Source: a bacterium
GTDB taxonomy: Bacteria > RBG-13-61-14 > DATKZS01
Assembly (NCBI GenBank): GCA_963674965.2
Contig: CAXXFL010000001.1
Span: forward strand, 288,001-352,000
Reading direction: 5' to 3'
DNA length: 64,000 nt
Under the pieces are notes generated by a model. The model saw only the letters and a program-made list of their open reading frames with translations, did not search any database and was not told the origin of the DNA. Both the position numbers and the translations under genes were made by a program. Positions 27,903 through 37,019 of the stretch are shown one piece after another; position 1 is the stretch's first letter; every line of letters starts with the position of its first letter.

Positions 27903-29348
27903 TTACGTCTCGCCGAGCTTTTTATTCAATATCTCGTTTACCACCTTGGGATCCGCCTTGCCCCTGGTTTCCTTCATCACCTGGCCCACGAAAAATCCCA
28001 TCAGCTTGGTATTTCCGGCTTTGTACTTCTCGACCTCCTTGGGATTGGCGGCAATGACCCTCTGGCAGAGGTCCTCGATCTCGCCCGAGTCGGACATGGG
28101 CTTTAAGCCTTTTTCCTCGACGATTCGGGCCGGGTCCTTGCCCGAGGCGTACATTTCGGCGAAAACCTTTTTCCCGATCTTGCCGGTAATATGCCCCGAG
28201 TCGATCATTTTAATCATCGCGGCCAGGTCCCGGGGCTGGATGGGACAATCGGATATGGGACGCCCGTCCTCCTTCATCTCCCTTAAAAGCTCGGCCATGA
28301 TCCAGTTGGCCGCCTTTTTGGGGTCGGCTCCCTCCGATACCGTCCTCTCGAAATAGTCGGCCAGGGCCTTGTCCGAGGTCAGAACGGCCGCGTCCCGGCC
28401 GGGTATGCCGTGCTCTTTTACGAACCGGCCTCTTTTGGCGGCGGGCAACTCGGGCAGGGAGGCGCGGCATTTTTCTATCCAGTCCCGGTCCACGACCAGG
28501 GGCAGGAGGTCCGGGTCCGGGAAGTAGCGGTAATCGTGAGACTCCTCTTTTCCCCGCATGGGCAGGGTCTTGCCGGCCTTCTCGTCCCAGAGCCTGGTTT
28601 CCTGTACCACCTTTCCCCCGTCCTCGATTACGCGGACCTGGCGGGCTATCTCGTACTCGATGGCGCGCTCGACGTTCCTGAAGGAGTTCATATTCTTGAG
28701 CTCGGCCTTTGTTCCCAGCTCTTTTTGGCCTTTTTGGCGCACGCTGACGTTGGCGTCGCAGCGCATGGACCCCTCTTCCATGTTTCCGTCGCAGACCTCG
28801 AGGTAGACCAGGATGTCCCGCAGGGAGCGGAGGTACGCCCCGGCCTCGGCCGCGCTTCGCATGTCCGGCTCGCTCACTATCTCCATCAGCGGCACGCCCG
28901 CCCGGTTGTAGTCGGCGAAGCTCGAGTCGGACGAGGCAAAGGAATCGTCCGAGTGCACCAATTTGCCCGCGTCCTCCTCCATGTGCAGCCGGGTGATGCC
29001 GATGGTCCTTTCCACGCCCTCGACCATCACCTCGAGGCTCCCGCGCTCGGCCAGGGGAAAGGCGAATTGAGATATCTGATAGCCCTTGGGAAGGTCCGGA
29101 TAAAAATAGTTCTTACGCTCCCAGATGCTGCGCTCGTTAACCGTAAGGCCAAGGGCCAGGCTGGTCCGAACGCTCATGTCCACCACCTCCCGGTTAAGGA
29201 CCGGCAGCACGCCCGGCTGGCCCGTGCACACCCGGCACACGTGGGAGTTGGGCGGCGCCCCGAAGGCCGTCGAGCATCCGCAGAAAATCTTGGTCCGAGT
29301 CAATAGCTGGGCGTGGACCTCAAGCCCTATCACCGCCTCGTATTCCAT
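27903..29348 (-). CDS. gatB: Asp/Glu-tRNA amidotransferase subunit B
   Basis: IGLEVHAQL, RKNYFYPDLPKGYQISQ, HMEEDAGK and YRYFPDPDL motifs. Confidence 0.98.
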   Translation of the reverse strand: MEYEAVIGLEVHAQLLTRTKIFCGCSTAFGAPPNSHVCRVCTGQPGVLPVLNREVVDMSVRTSLALGLTVNERSIWERKNYFYPDLPKGYQISQFAFPLAERGSLEVMVEGVERTIGITRLHMEEDAGKLVHSDDSFASSDSSFADYNRAGVPLMEIVSEPDMRSAAEAGAYLRSLRDILVYLEVCDGNMEEGSMRCDANVSVRQKGQKELGTKAELKNMNSFRNVERAIEYEIARQVRVIEDGGKVVQETRLWDEKAGKTLPMRGKEESHDYRYFPDPDLLPLVVDRDWIEKCRASLPELPAAKRGRFVKEHGIPGRDAAVLTSDKALADYFERTVSEGADPKKAANWIMAELLREMKEDGRPISDCPIQPRDLAAMIKMIDSGHITGKIGKKVFAEMYASGKDPARIVEEKGLKPMSDSGEIEDLCQRVIAANPKEVEKYKAGNTKLMGFFVGQVMKETRGKADPKVVNEILNKKLGET

Positions 29349-29377
29349 CTCAAGCCTCCCGGTCTCGAGTATTCATA

Positions 29378-30835
29378 TTAAAGAGGGGGCCTCATCGAGC
29401 TCCATTCCGAGGCCGACTCGTAGGCGTGAGCCAGCTTGAAAATGACCTCCTCCTGAAAATGCCTCGCCATGATCTGCATGCCCACCGGAAGGCCGCCGCC
29501 GGTGAAGCCGCAGGGAACGCTCATGCCCGGCAGGCCGGCCAGGTTGCAGCTCAGGGTTAGAACGTCGGACATGTAAAGCGAAAGCGGGTCGCTGGATTTC
29601 TCTCCCAGCTTGAAGGCCGGCGTGGGCGTGGTGGGACAGACGACGGCGTCGACTTTCTGGAAGGCCCGGTCGAAGTCGTTCTTGATGAGGGTCCTGACCC
29701 GGCAGGCCTTGAGGTAATAGGCGTCGTAATAGCCGGCGCTGAGGGCGTAGGTCCCGATCAGGACGCGCCTTTTCACCTCGGGTCCGAACCCCTTGTCCCT
29801 CGTGGCCCGGTACATTCCGATGAGTCCGCCTCCCTCGTCCACGCGGGGCCCGTACCTCACCCCGTCGTAGCGGGCCAGGTTGCTCGAGGCCTCGCAGGGG
29901 GCGATGATGTAGTAGCAGGCCACGCCGTATTCCGCGTGGGGAAGGTCTATTGGTATCGTCTCGACTCCCAGTTCCTCGAGTCTCGATATGGCGTCCCTTA
30001 CGCGGGCCTCGACCTCGGGATCGAGGCCGGCGGCGAAGTACTGGCACGGAACGCCGACCTTCATGCCCTTGACCTCCGCGCCCAGGACCGCCTCGTAGTC
30101 GGGCGCCGGCTTATTCACCGAGGTCGAGTCGAGAGGATCGAACCCGGCGATGGCCCGCAGCATGATGGCCGCGTCCCTCGTGGTCCTGGCGATGGGGCCA
30201 ACCTGGTCCAGGCTCGAGGCGAAGGCGATCACGCCGTAGCGGCTCACTCTTCCGTAGGTGGGCTTGATCCCCACCAGGCCGCACCAGGCCGCTGGCTGGC
30301 GGATCGAGCCGCCCGTGTCCGTGCCCAGCGCTCCCAGGCACTCGCCCGCCGCCACAGCCGCGGCGGACCCGCCCGAGCTGCCGCCGGGCACGCGCTCGAG
30401 GTCCCAGGGGTTTTTGGTCGGCTTGTAGCCGCTGCCCTCGGTGGTGCTGCCCATGGCGAACTCGTCCAGGTTGAGCTTGCCCGTTATCACCGCGCCCGCC
30501 TCTTTAAGTTTCGCGGTGACCGAGGCGTCGTAGGTGGGCCGGAAGCCCTCGAGTATGCGCGAGCCGGCGGTGGTCGGGATACCCTCGGTGTTGATAATGT
30601 CCTTGACCCCGATGGGCACGCCGAGAAGGAGCCCGTCCTCCCCCCGGCCGATGGCCAGGTCGGCGCGGCGGGCCATGTCCAGGGCGGCCTCGGCGGTCAC
30701 CTCCAGGTAGGCGTCCACCCTGGGCTCGACCTCGGATATCCTGCCCAGGACCGACTCGGTCGCCTCGACCGAGCTAATATCCTTTTTCCTCAGCTTTTCC
30801 CTTAGCTCGCTGATGGAAAGCTCGTATGGCTCCAT
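29378..30835 (-). CDS. gatA: Asp/Glu-tRNA amidotransferase subunit A
   Basis: Amidase signature GGSSGGS...GTDTGGSIRQPA and SSNLARYDG. Confidence 0.98.
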   Translation of the reverse strand: MEPYELSISELREKLRKKDISSVEATESVLGRISEVEPRVDAYLEVTAEAALDMARRADLAIGRGEDGLLLGVPIGVKDIINTEGIPTTAGSRILEGFRPTYDASVTAKLKEAGAVITGKLNLDEFAMGSTTEGSGYKPTKNPWDLERVPGGSSGGSAAAVAAGECLGALGTDTGGSIRQPAAWCGLVGIKPTYGRVSRYGVIAFASSLDQVGPIARTTRDAAIMLRAIAGFDPLDSTSVNKPAPDYEAVLGAEVKGMKVGVPCQYFAAGLDPEVEARVRDAISRLEELGVETIPIDLPHAEYGVACYYIIAPCEASSNLARYDGVRYGPRVDEGGGLIGMYRATRDKGFGPEVKRRVLIGTYALSAGYYDAYYLKACRVRTLIKNDFDRAFQKVDAVVCPTTPTPAFKLGEKSSDPLSLYMSDVLTLSCNLAGLPGMSVPCGFTGGGLPVGMQIMARHFQEEVIFKLAHAYESASEWSSMRPPL

Positions 30836-30882
30836 TACCTTCTCCCCCGCGAAATAAGCGCCCGGGGCGTCCCGGCGCCGGG

Positions 30883-31170
30883 TTACTCGATGATCCTGGG
30901 CACCTTGAAAAAGCGGTCTTCCCTGTCCGGCGCGTTGTCCAAAAGGCGCTCGGGATCCTCGGCCGTTTTGACCTCGTCCTCCCTGAAAGCGTTCACCACC
31001 TCGATGGCGTGGCGGGTGGGCTCGACGCCATCGACGTCAAGCTCGTCGAGTTTCTCGAAATAATCGAGTATACGGCCGAGCTGGCCCGTGAACTCCTCGG
31101 TCTCCTCCGGGGTCAAGGCCAGGCGAGCCAAATTGGACACGCGTTCGACTTCCACTATGGATATCTTCAC
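30883..31170 (-). CDS. gatC: Asp/Glu-tRNA amidotransferase subunit C
   Basis: V-LARL, FREDEV and NAP-FFKVPRII motifs. GTG start at 31170. Confidence 0.95.
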   Translation of the reverse strand: MKISIVEVERVSNLARLALTPEETEEFTGQLGRILDYFEKLDELDVDGVEPTRHAIEVVNAFREDEVKTAEDPERLLDNAPDREDRFFKVPRIIE

Positions 31171-31302
31171 CTTAGCTACTCCCTGATAAAAAAATGAGGC
31201 GGCCAAACCGCCCCTTCAACGGCCACGCTCGAATCCCTAAAGGTTTTTAAAGATTATCATAAGGCCGGCGACCCTTCAAGAAATTACGGCGGGACGCCAT
31301 AT

Positions 31303-31356
31303 AAAAAGTCCCTTTCCGCTCTTGTGCTTAGGTTGGGTCACGAAGCGAAAAGGGAC
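31303..31356 (-). terminator. Long hairpin/terminator downstream of the 31419-31880 gene
   Basis: GTCCCTT...AAGGGAC closes an imperfect long stem, with a U5 tract on the minus strand. Confidence 0.55.
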
Positions 31357-31418
31357 CTAAAATTCAGGTTTCGAAATTATATACCACGGCCGGGGCCAAA
31401 AATGCAAATCGAGATGGA

Positions 31419-31880
31419 TTAACCCTCCATTTCCTCCTTGACGAAGGGCAGCCGAAGCAGGGACTCGATCTTCTCGATGGCCGCGTTTCTCTCTTCCCCC
31501 TCCATGTGGTTCCTTACTTTTCTGGCCAGTCTTTCCAGGGCGTCCGCGTAAGTACCCCGGCCCGGCTCGTCGGCCTCGGAAGCGGACGCCTGGCCGGAGT
31601 CCGGATCGGACACGGGAAACACCGAGTCCATAAGCGCCTGGTCGTTTAGTAGTTCCTCTCCGGCCTCGTGTATCCTGACCAGGTGAATCTCGGGGTAGAC
31701 GGCGCCGGTGGGATAGCTGGTGGCGAGGCGGACGAACCCTTTGTCCTCGAGGAAAAAAAGGTTCTTAAACACCGTCCGGGCGTCGGTCCCCATCGTTTCC
31801 ACCAGCTCGGTGAACCTTATCCTGCCGGCCTTGCCGGACAGGGCGGCCAACACCTTGCGGCTGAGTTCGTTGTTAGTCAT
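31419..31880 (-). CDS. Hypothetical protein with winged-helix-like N-terminus
   Basis: Helix-turn-helix/wing pattern (FTELVETMG...NLFFLEDKGFV...IHEAG), GGAGG RBS. Confidence 0.6.
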   Translation of the reverse strand: MTNNELSRKVLAALSGKAGRIRFTELVETMGTDARTVFKNLFFLEDKGFVRLATSYPTGAVYPEIHLVRIHEAGEELLNDQALMDSVFPVSDPDSGQASASEADEPGRGTYADALERLARKVRNHMEGEERNAAIEKIESLLRLPFVKEEMEG

Positions 31881-32013
31881 CTGATTGCCTCCCGCTCGTC
31901 CCCTTTTCTTTCGCCGATCCGAACGACGACAATGTTATCATCCGGACGCGCCCGATTCAACGGGCAAGACGGGTGGAAAAGATTTTTTCCCACTCGGGAC
32001 GGCGCGGGCCGGG

Positions 32014-33558
32014 TCACTTGGCCTTGGCCTTTTTTTGCCTGGCCGCGGCCATTTTCTTTTTCGGGTTCGACTTGCCCTGGCCGGCGGGTCTTTTGCTCTC
32101 GAGCAGGTCGATGAAAATCTCCACCACCTCGGGATCGAACTGGGTCCCGGAAAAGCGGTTGAGCTCCTCGATGGCGTCATCCTCGGACATGGCCTTCCGG
32201 TAAGGACGGTCCGAGGTCATGGCGTCGTAGGAGTCGGCCACGGCAAGAATGCGCGCCCCCTTGGGGATGTTCTTGCCCTTGATGCCCTCGGGATAGCCCG
32301 ACCCGTCGTACCATTCGTGGTGGTAAAGCACGAGGGGAACCACGCCCCGCAGAAAGTGGATCGACTCAAGTATCTGCTTGCCCATGACGCAGTGGTCCTT
32401 GAACATCTCGTGTTCCTCGACCGTGATCTTCTCCGGCTTGTTGAGCGCCTCGAGGCGGATGCCGATCTTGCCGATGTCGTGGAGAAGGCCGGCCCATTCT
32501 ATCTTCTCCGTTTCCTCGGGACTGAGGCCCATGGCCTCGGCGATCTCGACGGCGTACTCGGTGACCCGCCTCGAGTGGCCCGAGGTGTATTTGTCCTTGG
32601 CCTCGAGCGTGCTCACCAGGCCCTGGATGGTGCCCCTGAACGTGCGCTGGAGGTTCTCGAAGAGACGAGCGTTCTCGATGGCCTGCGCGGCGCGGGAGGC
32701 CAGGATGATGAGAAGCTTGCCCTGGCCCTCCGTGTAACGCTGGCTGCGGTTGAAGGAAAAAGCGTTGATCGCCCCGATGATATTGTCCCTTACCTTGAGG
32801 GGAACCGACAGGAGCGAGACGTTGGCCTTGTTTTTGGGGACCGATTTAAAAAACCGCTTGGCCTTGGGCCCGGAAATCACGAGAAAGGGGTTGGACCTGA
32901 ACCAGTCCAGGACCAGGTCAACGTCGGCCTCGCAGCCCGGACCCTCGTCTCTTCCGTCCTGGCAGAGGGTATGCGTGAGATAGGTGATGGGCTGGGAATC
33001 GTCGTCCCGCGGCTCGTCGATGAGAAGGCTCACGCAATCCGAGTCGAGCTCGGCCTGGGTGGTCTCGAGGATCATGTGCAGTATGGTGTCAAGGCTAAGG
33101 GTCGAGGTCATGGCCTCGCTCACGTTGTAAAGGCTCATCACCTCTTTCAAGCGGATGTTCTCCCGCTCGAGCTTTTGCTTCTCGAGGGCCCGCTTGATCA
33201 CCTGGAGCATCTCGTCCACCTTGAAGGGCTTTAACATGTAGTCGTAGGCGCCCTGCTTCATGGCCTGGATGGCCGTCTCCACGGTCCCGAAGCCGGTCAT
33301 GATGATGGTGATGATATTGTATCCGCGGGCGCCGATCTCGCGGAGCAGGTCGATGCCGCCCATGTTGGGCATCATAAGGTCGGTGATGACCAGGTCGTAA
33401 GGATTGCGCTCGAGTTCCGCCAGGGCCAGTTGTCCGTCGGACTCGACGGCCACCTTGAAGCCTTCCTCCGAGAGAAAGTCGGAAAGGATGTCCCGGATGA
33501 CCTTTTCGTCGTCCACGACCAGAATCCGGGGGCTGTCCTGACTGTAAATGTACTCCAT
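32014..33558 (-). CDS. Response regulator with REC-GAF-HD-GYP (c-di-GMP phosphodiesterase)
   Basis: LVVDDE/TDLMMP/KPF receiver domain, GAF segment, LLHDIGKIG and HHEWYDGSGYPEG. Confidence 0.93.
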   Translation of the reverse strand: MEYIYSQDSPRILVVDDEKVIRDILSDFLSEEGFKVAVESDGQLALAELERNPYDLVITDLMMPNMGGIDLLREIGARGYNIITIIMTGFGTVETAIQAMKQGAYDYMLKPFKVDEMLQVIKRALEKQKLERENIRLKEVMSLYNVSEAMTSTLSLDTILHMILETTQAELDSDCVSLLIDEPRDDDSQPITYLTHTLCQDGRDEGPGCEADVDLVLDWFRSNPFLVISGPKAKRFFKSVPKNKANVSLLSVPLKVRDNIIGAINAFSFNRSQRYTEGQGKLLIILASRAAQAIENARLFENLQRTFRGTIQGLVSTLEAKDKYTSGHSRRVTEYAVEIAEAMGLSPEETEKIEWAGLLHDIGKIGIRLEALNKPEKITVEEHEMFKDHCVMGKQILESIHFLRGVVPLVLYHHEWYDGSGYPEGIKGKNIPKGARILAVADSYDAMTSDRPYRKAMSEDDAIEELNRFSGTQFDPEVVEIFIDLLESKRPAGQGKSNPKKKMAAARQKKAKAK

Positions 33559-33916
33559 ACCGCTACCCGTCTATATTAAAAAATTCATGCCAAATTGTCA
33601 AAGGCGTCAAGACCTCATTCTCAAACGCTTATTTCTCGAATTCCATTGTGAAACGCCATGGTCCGGCGATCGGCTTCTCGGTTGCGGTAAGAAAGCGAGG
33701 CGCTGGATTTTATCACCGAATCCCGGGAGGGACTTCTATGTTTCTATAATGACTCACCATCCTGCATATTTCAACCCCGGGGGCAGCAAAAAATATTTAC
33801 CAAAAGGTATGCGCGCCGCTTGGCGATAGCGCTCGTTATGCATAAAAACGTCCAACGCGGATCGGGCCGGATAAATCTCGCGCCGTCGGGCCGGGGCGCA
33901 AGGGGATATTTTTTTC

Positions 33917-33960
33917 TTGACAAAGGCCCCTCCGGATGATATGACTGACATATCAGTCAT
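33917..33960 (+). promoter_or_regulatory. Promoter with overlapping palindromic (TetR-type) operator
   Basis: TTGACA 33917-33922, 17 bp, TATGAC. Perfect inverted repeat ATGACTGA-CATA-TCAGTCAT at 33941-33960. Confidence 0.8.
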
Positions 33961-34010
33961 TATTTGGCCGGGGCGGCCGACGACGAGAAAAGCCGCCGGG
34001 GAGGAAAAAA

Positions 34011-35288
34011 ATGATACCTGGAAAAATCGAATTCAAAAACTATAAACCAAGGCAAGACCACCCGGACTGGGACCGGGTCCACGCCCGGGCCGTGCAAAAA
34101 GCGGCGGAGGTCATGCCCCTCATTCACAAGGACTCCGACGACACCCTGGTGGACAAGGCGGCGGACAAGGTAAGGATCGCCAGGAGCCTGGCCGCGGCGA
34201 TGGACAATTTCCGGGTCAACCGGAGGCGCTGGCAAGAGGGAAACCACGCGCTCAGGCCGCTTTACTTCATCTGGACCATGCTCTACTCGTGCAATTTCCG
34301 CTGCGCTTATTGCGACGACCACCGGGGCAACCACTACTACGACCTCGAGGACAACCCCCTGTCCTTTGCCGACCGCTTGAGGGTTTTAAAGACCATGCGA
34401 ACGGGCACGAGCGCGGTGTACTTCTGCGGGGGCGAGCCCACCATGGTTTCCGACCTTCCCCTTTTCACGGACGCGGCCTTTCACATGGGCTACAAGCCGC
34501 TGATGATAAACACCAACGGTTTTCTCCTCCACGCCAACCTCAAGAAGCCCGAGTGGCGAAAGTGGCTGCGCCAGATGGACATAATAATCGTCAGCCTGGA
34601 CGGGTTGAGCGTTCCTCGCCTCCAGGAGCTTTGGGGGATCAAAAAGGTGGAGACGGTTTTCGAGAACCTTCTCATGCTTCGCGAGCTGCGCCGGGTGGTG
34701 GACTTCAAATTGGTGGTCAACACCGTGATCGGCCCGGACTCGGTTGACATGGCCTCGGAAGTTTTCGACTTCGTGGGCGACCTGGGCGACGTCTGGTTCG
34801 TGCCGGTGCCGGTGAACTATCACGGCCACGACCAGGACGGCTTCGCCTTCGAGCGCGACGTGATCCAGCGGGACGACTACAAGGAGCTGGCCGCCAAAAT
34901 CCTGGAGCGCAAGAAGAAGGGGCAACTGGTGATCGGCTCGTCGCGGATACTGGAAATGCTCCTTTCCGTGAAGCCCTACACCTGTCTGCCCACGCTCAGG
35001 CCTCACGTCGATCCCGACGGGAACGTGTCCTGGCCCTGCCGGGCGCCCAGGAACGTAAAGCCGGTTGGAGTCAACGTGCTCGATTTCAATCATCTTGACG
35101 CCGCGTGGGAGGCGGCCGACAAGCTGTTCACGGCCAGGGACTTCCACGGTCCCGGACCCAACCAGTGCGGCGACACCTGCGCCTGGATGCAAAATTACAC
35201 CACGGCCAGGTACCACGACTTTCTGACCGACCCTCTGCGCGCGGGCATGTTCTCCGAGATCAAGGAGTTCGCCTTTCGGAACAAGTGA
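34011..35288 (+). CDS. Radical SAM protein with C-terminal Cys cluster
   Basis: CNFRCAYC, GGEP, NTNG and VSLDG motifs. C-terminal C...C...CGDTC. Confidence 0.88.
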   Translation: MIPGKIEFKNYKPRQDHPDWDRVHARAVQKAAEVMPLIHKDSDDTLVDKAADKVRIARSLAAAMDNFRVNRRRWQEGNHALRPLYFIWTMLYSCNFRCAYCDDHRGNHYYDLEDNPLSFADRLRVLKTMRTGTSAVYFCGGEPTMVSDLPLFTDAAFHMGYKPLMINTNGFLLHANLKKPEWRKWLRQMDIIIVSLDGLSVPRLQELWGIKKVETVFENLLMLRELRRVVDFKLVVNTVIGPDSVDMASEVFDFVGDLGDVWFVPVPVNYHGHDQDGFAFERDVIQRDDYKELAAKILERKKKGQLVIGSSRILEMLLSVKPYTCLPTLRPHVDPDGNVSWPCRAPRNVKPVGVNVLDFNHLDAAWEAADKLFTARDFHGPGPNQCGDTCAWMQNYTTARYHDFLTDPLRAGMFSEIKEFAFRNK

Positions 35289-35325
35289 GGCCGGGCCGGG
35301 GGCAAAAGGAGGAAGGGAGAAAAAC

Positions 35326-35988
35326 ATGAAGAGGAAATCCGCGAAAGCCAGGCCCCGCTCCCTGGCCCGGGAACTACGGCGGGAACAGATACTCGAGGCC
35401 GCGAGAGGGGTCTTCGCCGAGAAGGGCTACCACAACGCCTCGGTAAGCGACGTGGTCGGGGCCTGCGGGGTCGCCCAGGGCACGTTCTATCTTTACTTCA
35501 AAAGCAAGCGCGAGGTCTTCGGGGCCCTGCTCCTCGAGTTTGCCGGCCTTATCCATTCGTCCTTTTTTATTCCGGGCGCGGACGAGGTGTCCACTCCGGC
35601 CGAGGTGGAAAAAAGGTTCAGCCGCGTGTGCAAAACGGCCCTGTCCATGCTGCGGGACAACGAGGACCTGGCCAGGATATTCCTTCTCGAGGCAGGGGCC
35701 AGGGACCCCGGCTTCGAAAAAGAGATTGGCGACTTTTACGACCGGCTCACGAGAGGGGCGGCCATGAACCTTAAACTGTGGATGGACAAGGGCCTCCTGA
35801 GGCGGGCCGATCCCCTGGTCATAGCCAACTGCGTGGTGGGCATGGTCGAGCGCCTGGCCCGGCAGCGGCTCTCGGGCAATTTGGAGGGCGACTTCGAGGC
35901 CATGGTCGAGGAGGTGGTCGCCTTCGAGCTTTACGGCATACTGAACAAAAGCGGCAAGGGCCGCCGACGGGAAAAGACCAATGAGTGA
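35326..35988 (+). CDS. TetR/AcrR family regulator
   Basis: ILEAARGVFAEKGY...GVAQGTFYLYFKSK HTH. Confidence 0.93.
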   Translation: MKRKSAKARPRSLARELRREQILEAARGVFAEKGYHNASVSDVVGACGVAQGTFYLYFKSKREVFGALLLEFAGLIHSSFFIPGADEVSTPAEVEKRFSRVCKTALSMLRDNEDLARIFLLEAGARDPGFEKEIGDFYDRLTRGAAMNLKLWMDKGLLRRADPLVIANCVVGMVERLARQRLSGNLEGDFEAMVEEVVAFELYGILNKSGKGRRREKTNE

Positions 35989-36742
35989 GCCAATCGACGC
36001 CGCGGAAGGGAAGGGGGCTTATAAAGCGACGCTCGGCGAGCTTTTGGCCGAGGCCGCCGTGCTTATATCCATCGCGGTCCTGGTCTTTTTCTTTTGCAAG
36101 GATACCGGGGTCATGTCCATCGCGGTTGGCGTCTTCATCGCGGGCCGTTTTGTCTTTCTTTACCGGAGGGGCGACCTGGCCGTCTTTGTTCTCGGTTTCG
36201 TCGTGGGTGGAGGAAACGACCTCCTTTCCATGTACAAGGGCGTGTATTATTACACGCCGCCCACCATTCTTCCCGTGCCCATTCCGGTTTGGATGCTATT
36301 TTTCTGGGGTGAGGCCTTCCTTTTTTTCCGCCGTCTCATGCGCTATGGCCCCTTCATGGGGGAGGACAAGCCCCCGGAAAAACTGATTGACGCCCCGCTG
36401 GCGGCCGACGCGGTCATCGCCGTCGTTTACCGCTTCATCGTTTACCGATGGGCCTCGGAGCCCTTCCTGCCCGACGCCCTTTACGCGGCCATCCTGGTGG
36501 TGAGGCTGATACTTCTTCCGCCCAAGGCCCACGAGCGTTACGTCATGCTGGCCATACTCGCCCTTGGTCCCTTTTACGAGATACTGCTCATCAAGGGCGG
36601 CCTTTACGTGTATCAGAACGGGGTGGTATTGGGCATGCCCCTTTGGCTGGTCATCTATTGGGTCTTCATCTTCAGGTTCCTCAAGGCGATCATCGACAGG
36701 ATGGAGTACTTTCTTTCGCCGTCACGGTTCCCCTATTATTAA
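35981..36742 (+). CDS. Polytopic membrane protein with internal duplication (DUF2878-like halves)
   Basis: Two copies of a D/E-x5-G-x-Y-x-Y...P-x-W-x4-W motif among about 8 TM helices. Confidence 0.7.
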   Translation: MSEPIDAAEGKGAYKATLGELLAEAAVLISIAVLVFFFCKDTGVMSIAVGVFIAGRFVFLYRRGDLAVFVLGFVVGGGNDLLSMYKGVYYYTPPTILPVPIPVWMLFFWGEAFLFFRRLMRYGPFMGEDKPPEKLIDAPLAADAVIAVVYRFIVYRWASEPFLPDALYAAILVVRLILLPPKAHERYVMLAILALGPFYEILLIKGGLYVYQNGVVLGMPLWLVIYWVFIFRFLKAIIDRMEYFLSPSRFPYY

Positions 36743-37019
36743 TCGGCCTGGATTTCACGGGTCCCCGGCTTTGCTCTTTATGGGGGCGGCTCATTCTTTT
36801 GTTGAAAATCGGCTCGTTATTAACTAGAATCCTATAAGAGCGTCCTCGAGGCTGAAATTATTTAAGTGATTGAAAGTTATTGATTATGTAAATTTCGCGG
36901 AGCCGACTACGCGAGCGTCGCCGGGAAGGAACACTATATCCTTGCCGTCACTTATATTGACCGCTTGAGATCGGCCCCGAATGAATAATGGAGCCGCGCG
37001 GCGGCTTCGGGCGAAACGG

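Noticed and set aside
33580-33600. Sigma54 promoter for the HD-GYP regulator (TGGCAT on the minus strand)
   Set aside because: No TTGC -12 element at the required spacing.
36863-36894. Possible dif site (TTATGTAAATT resembles a XerD arm)
   Set aside because: The matching XerC arm lacks the expected ATAA at 6-bp spacing. The stretch fits imperfect IHF-like AT-rich sites just as well.
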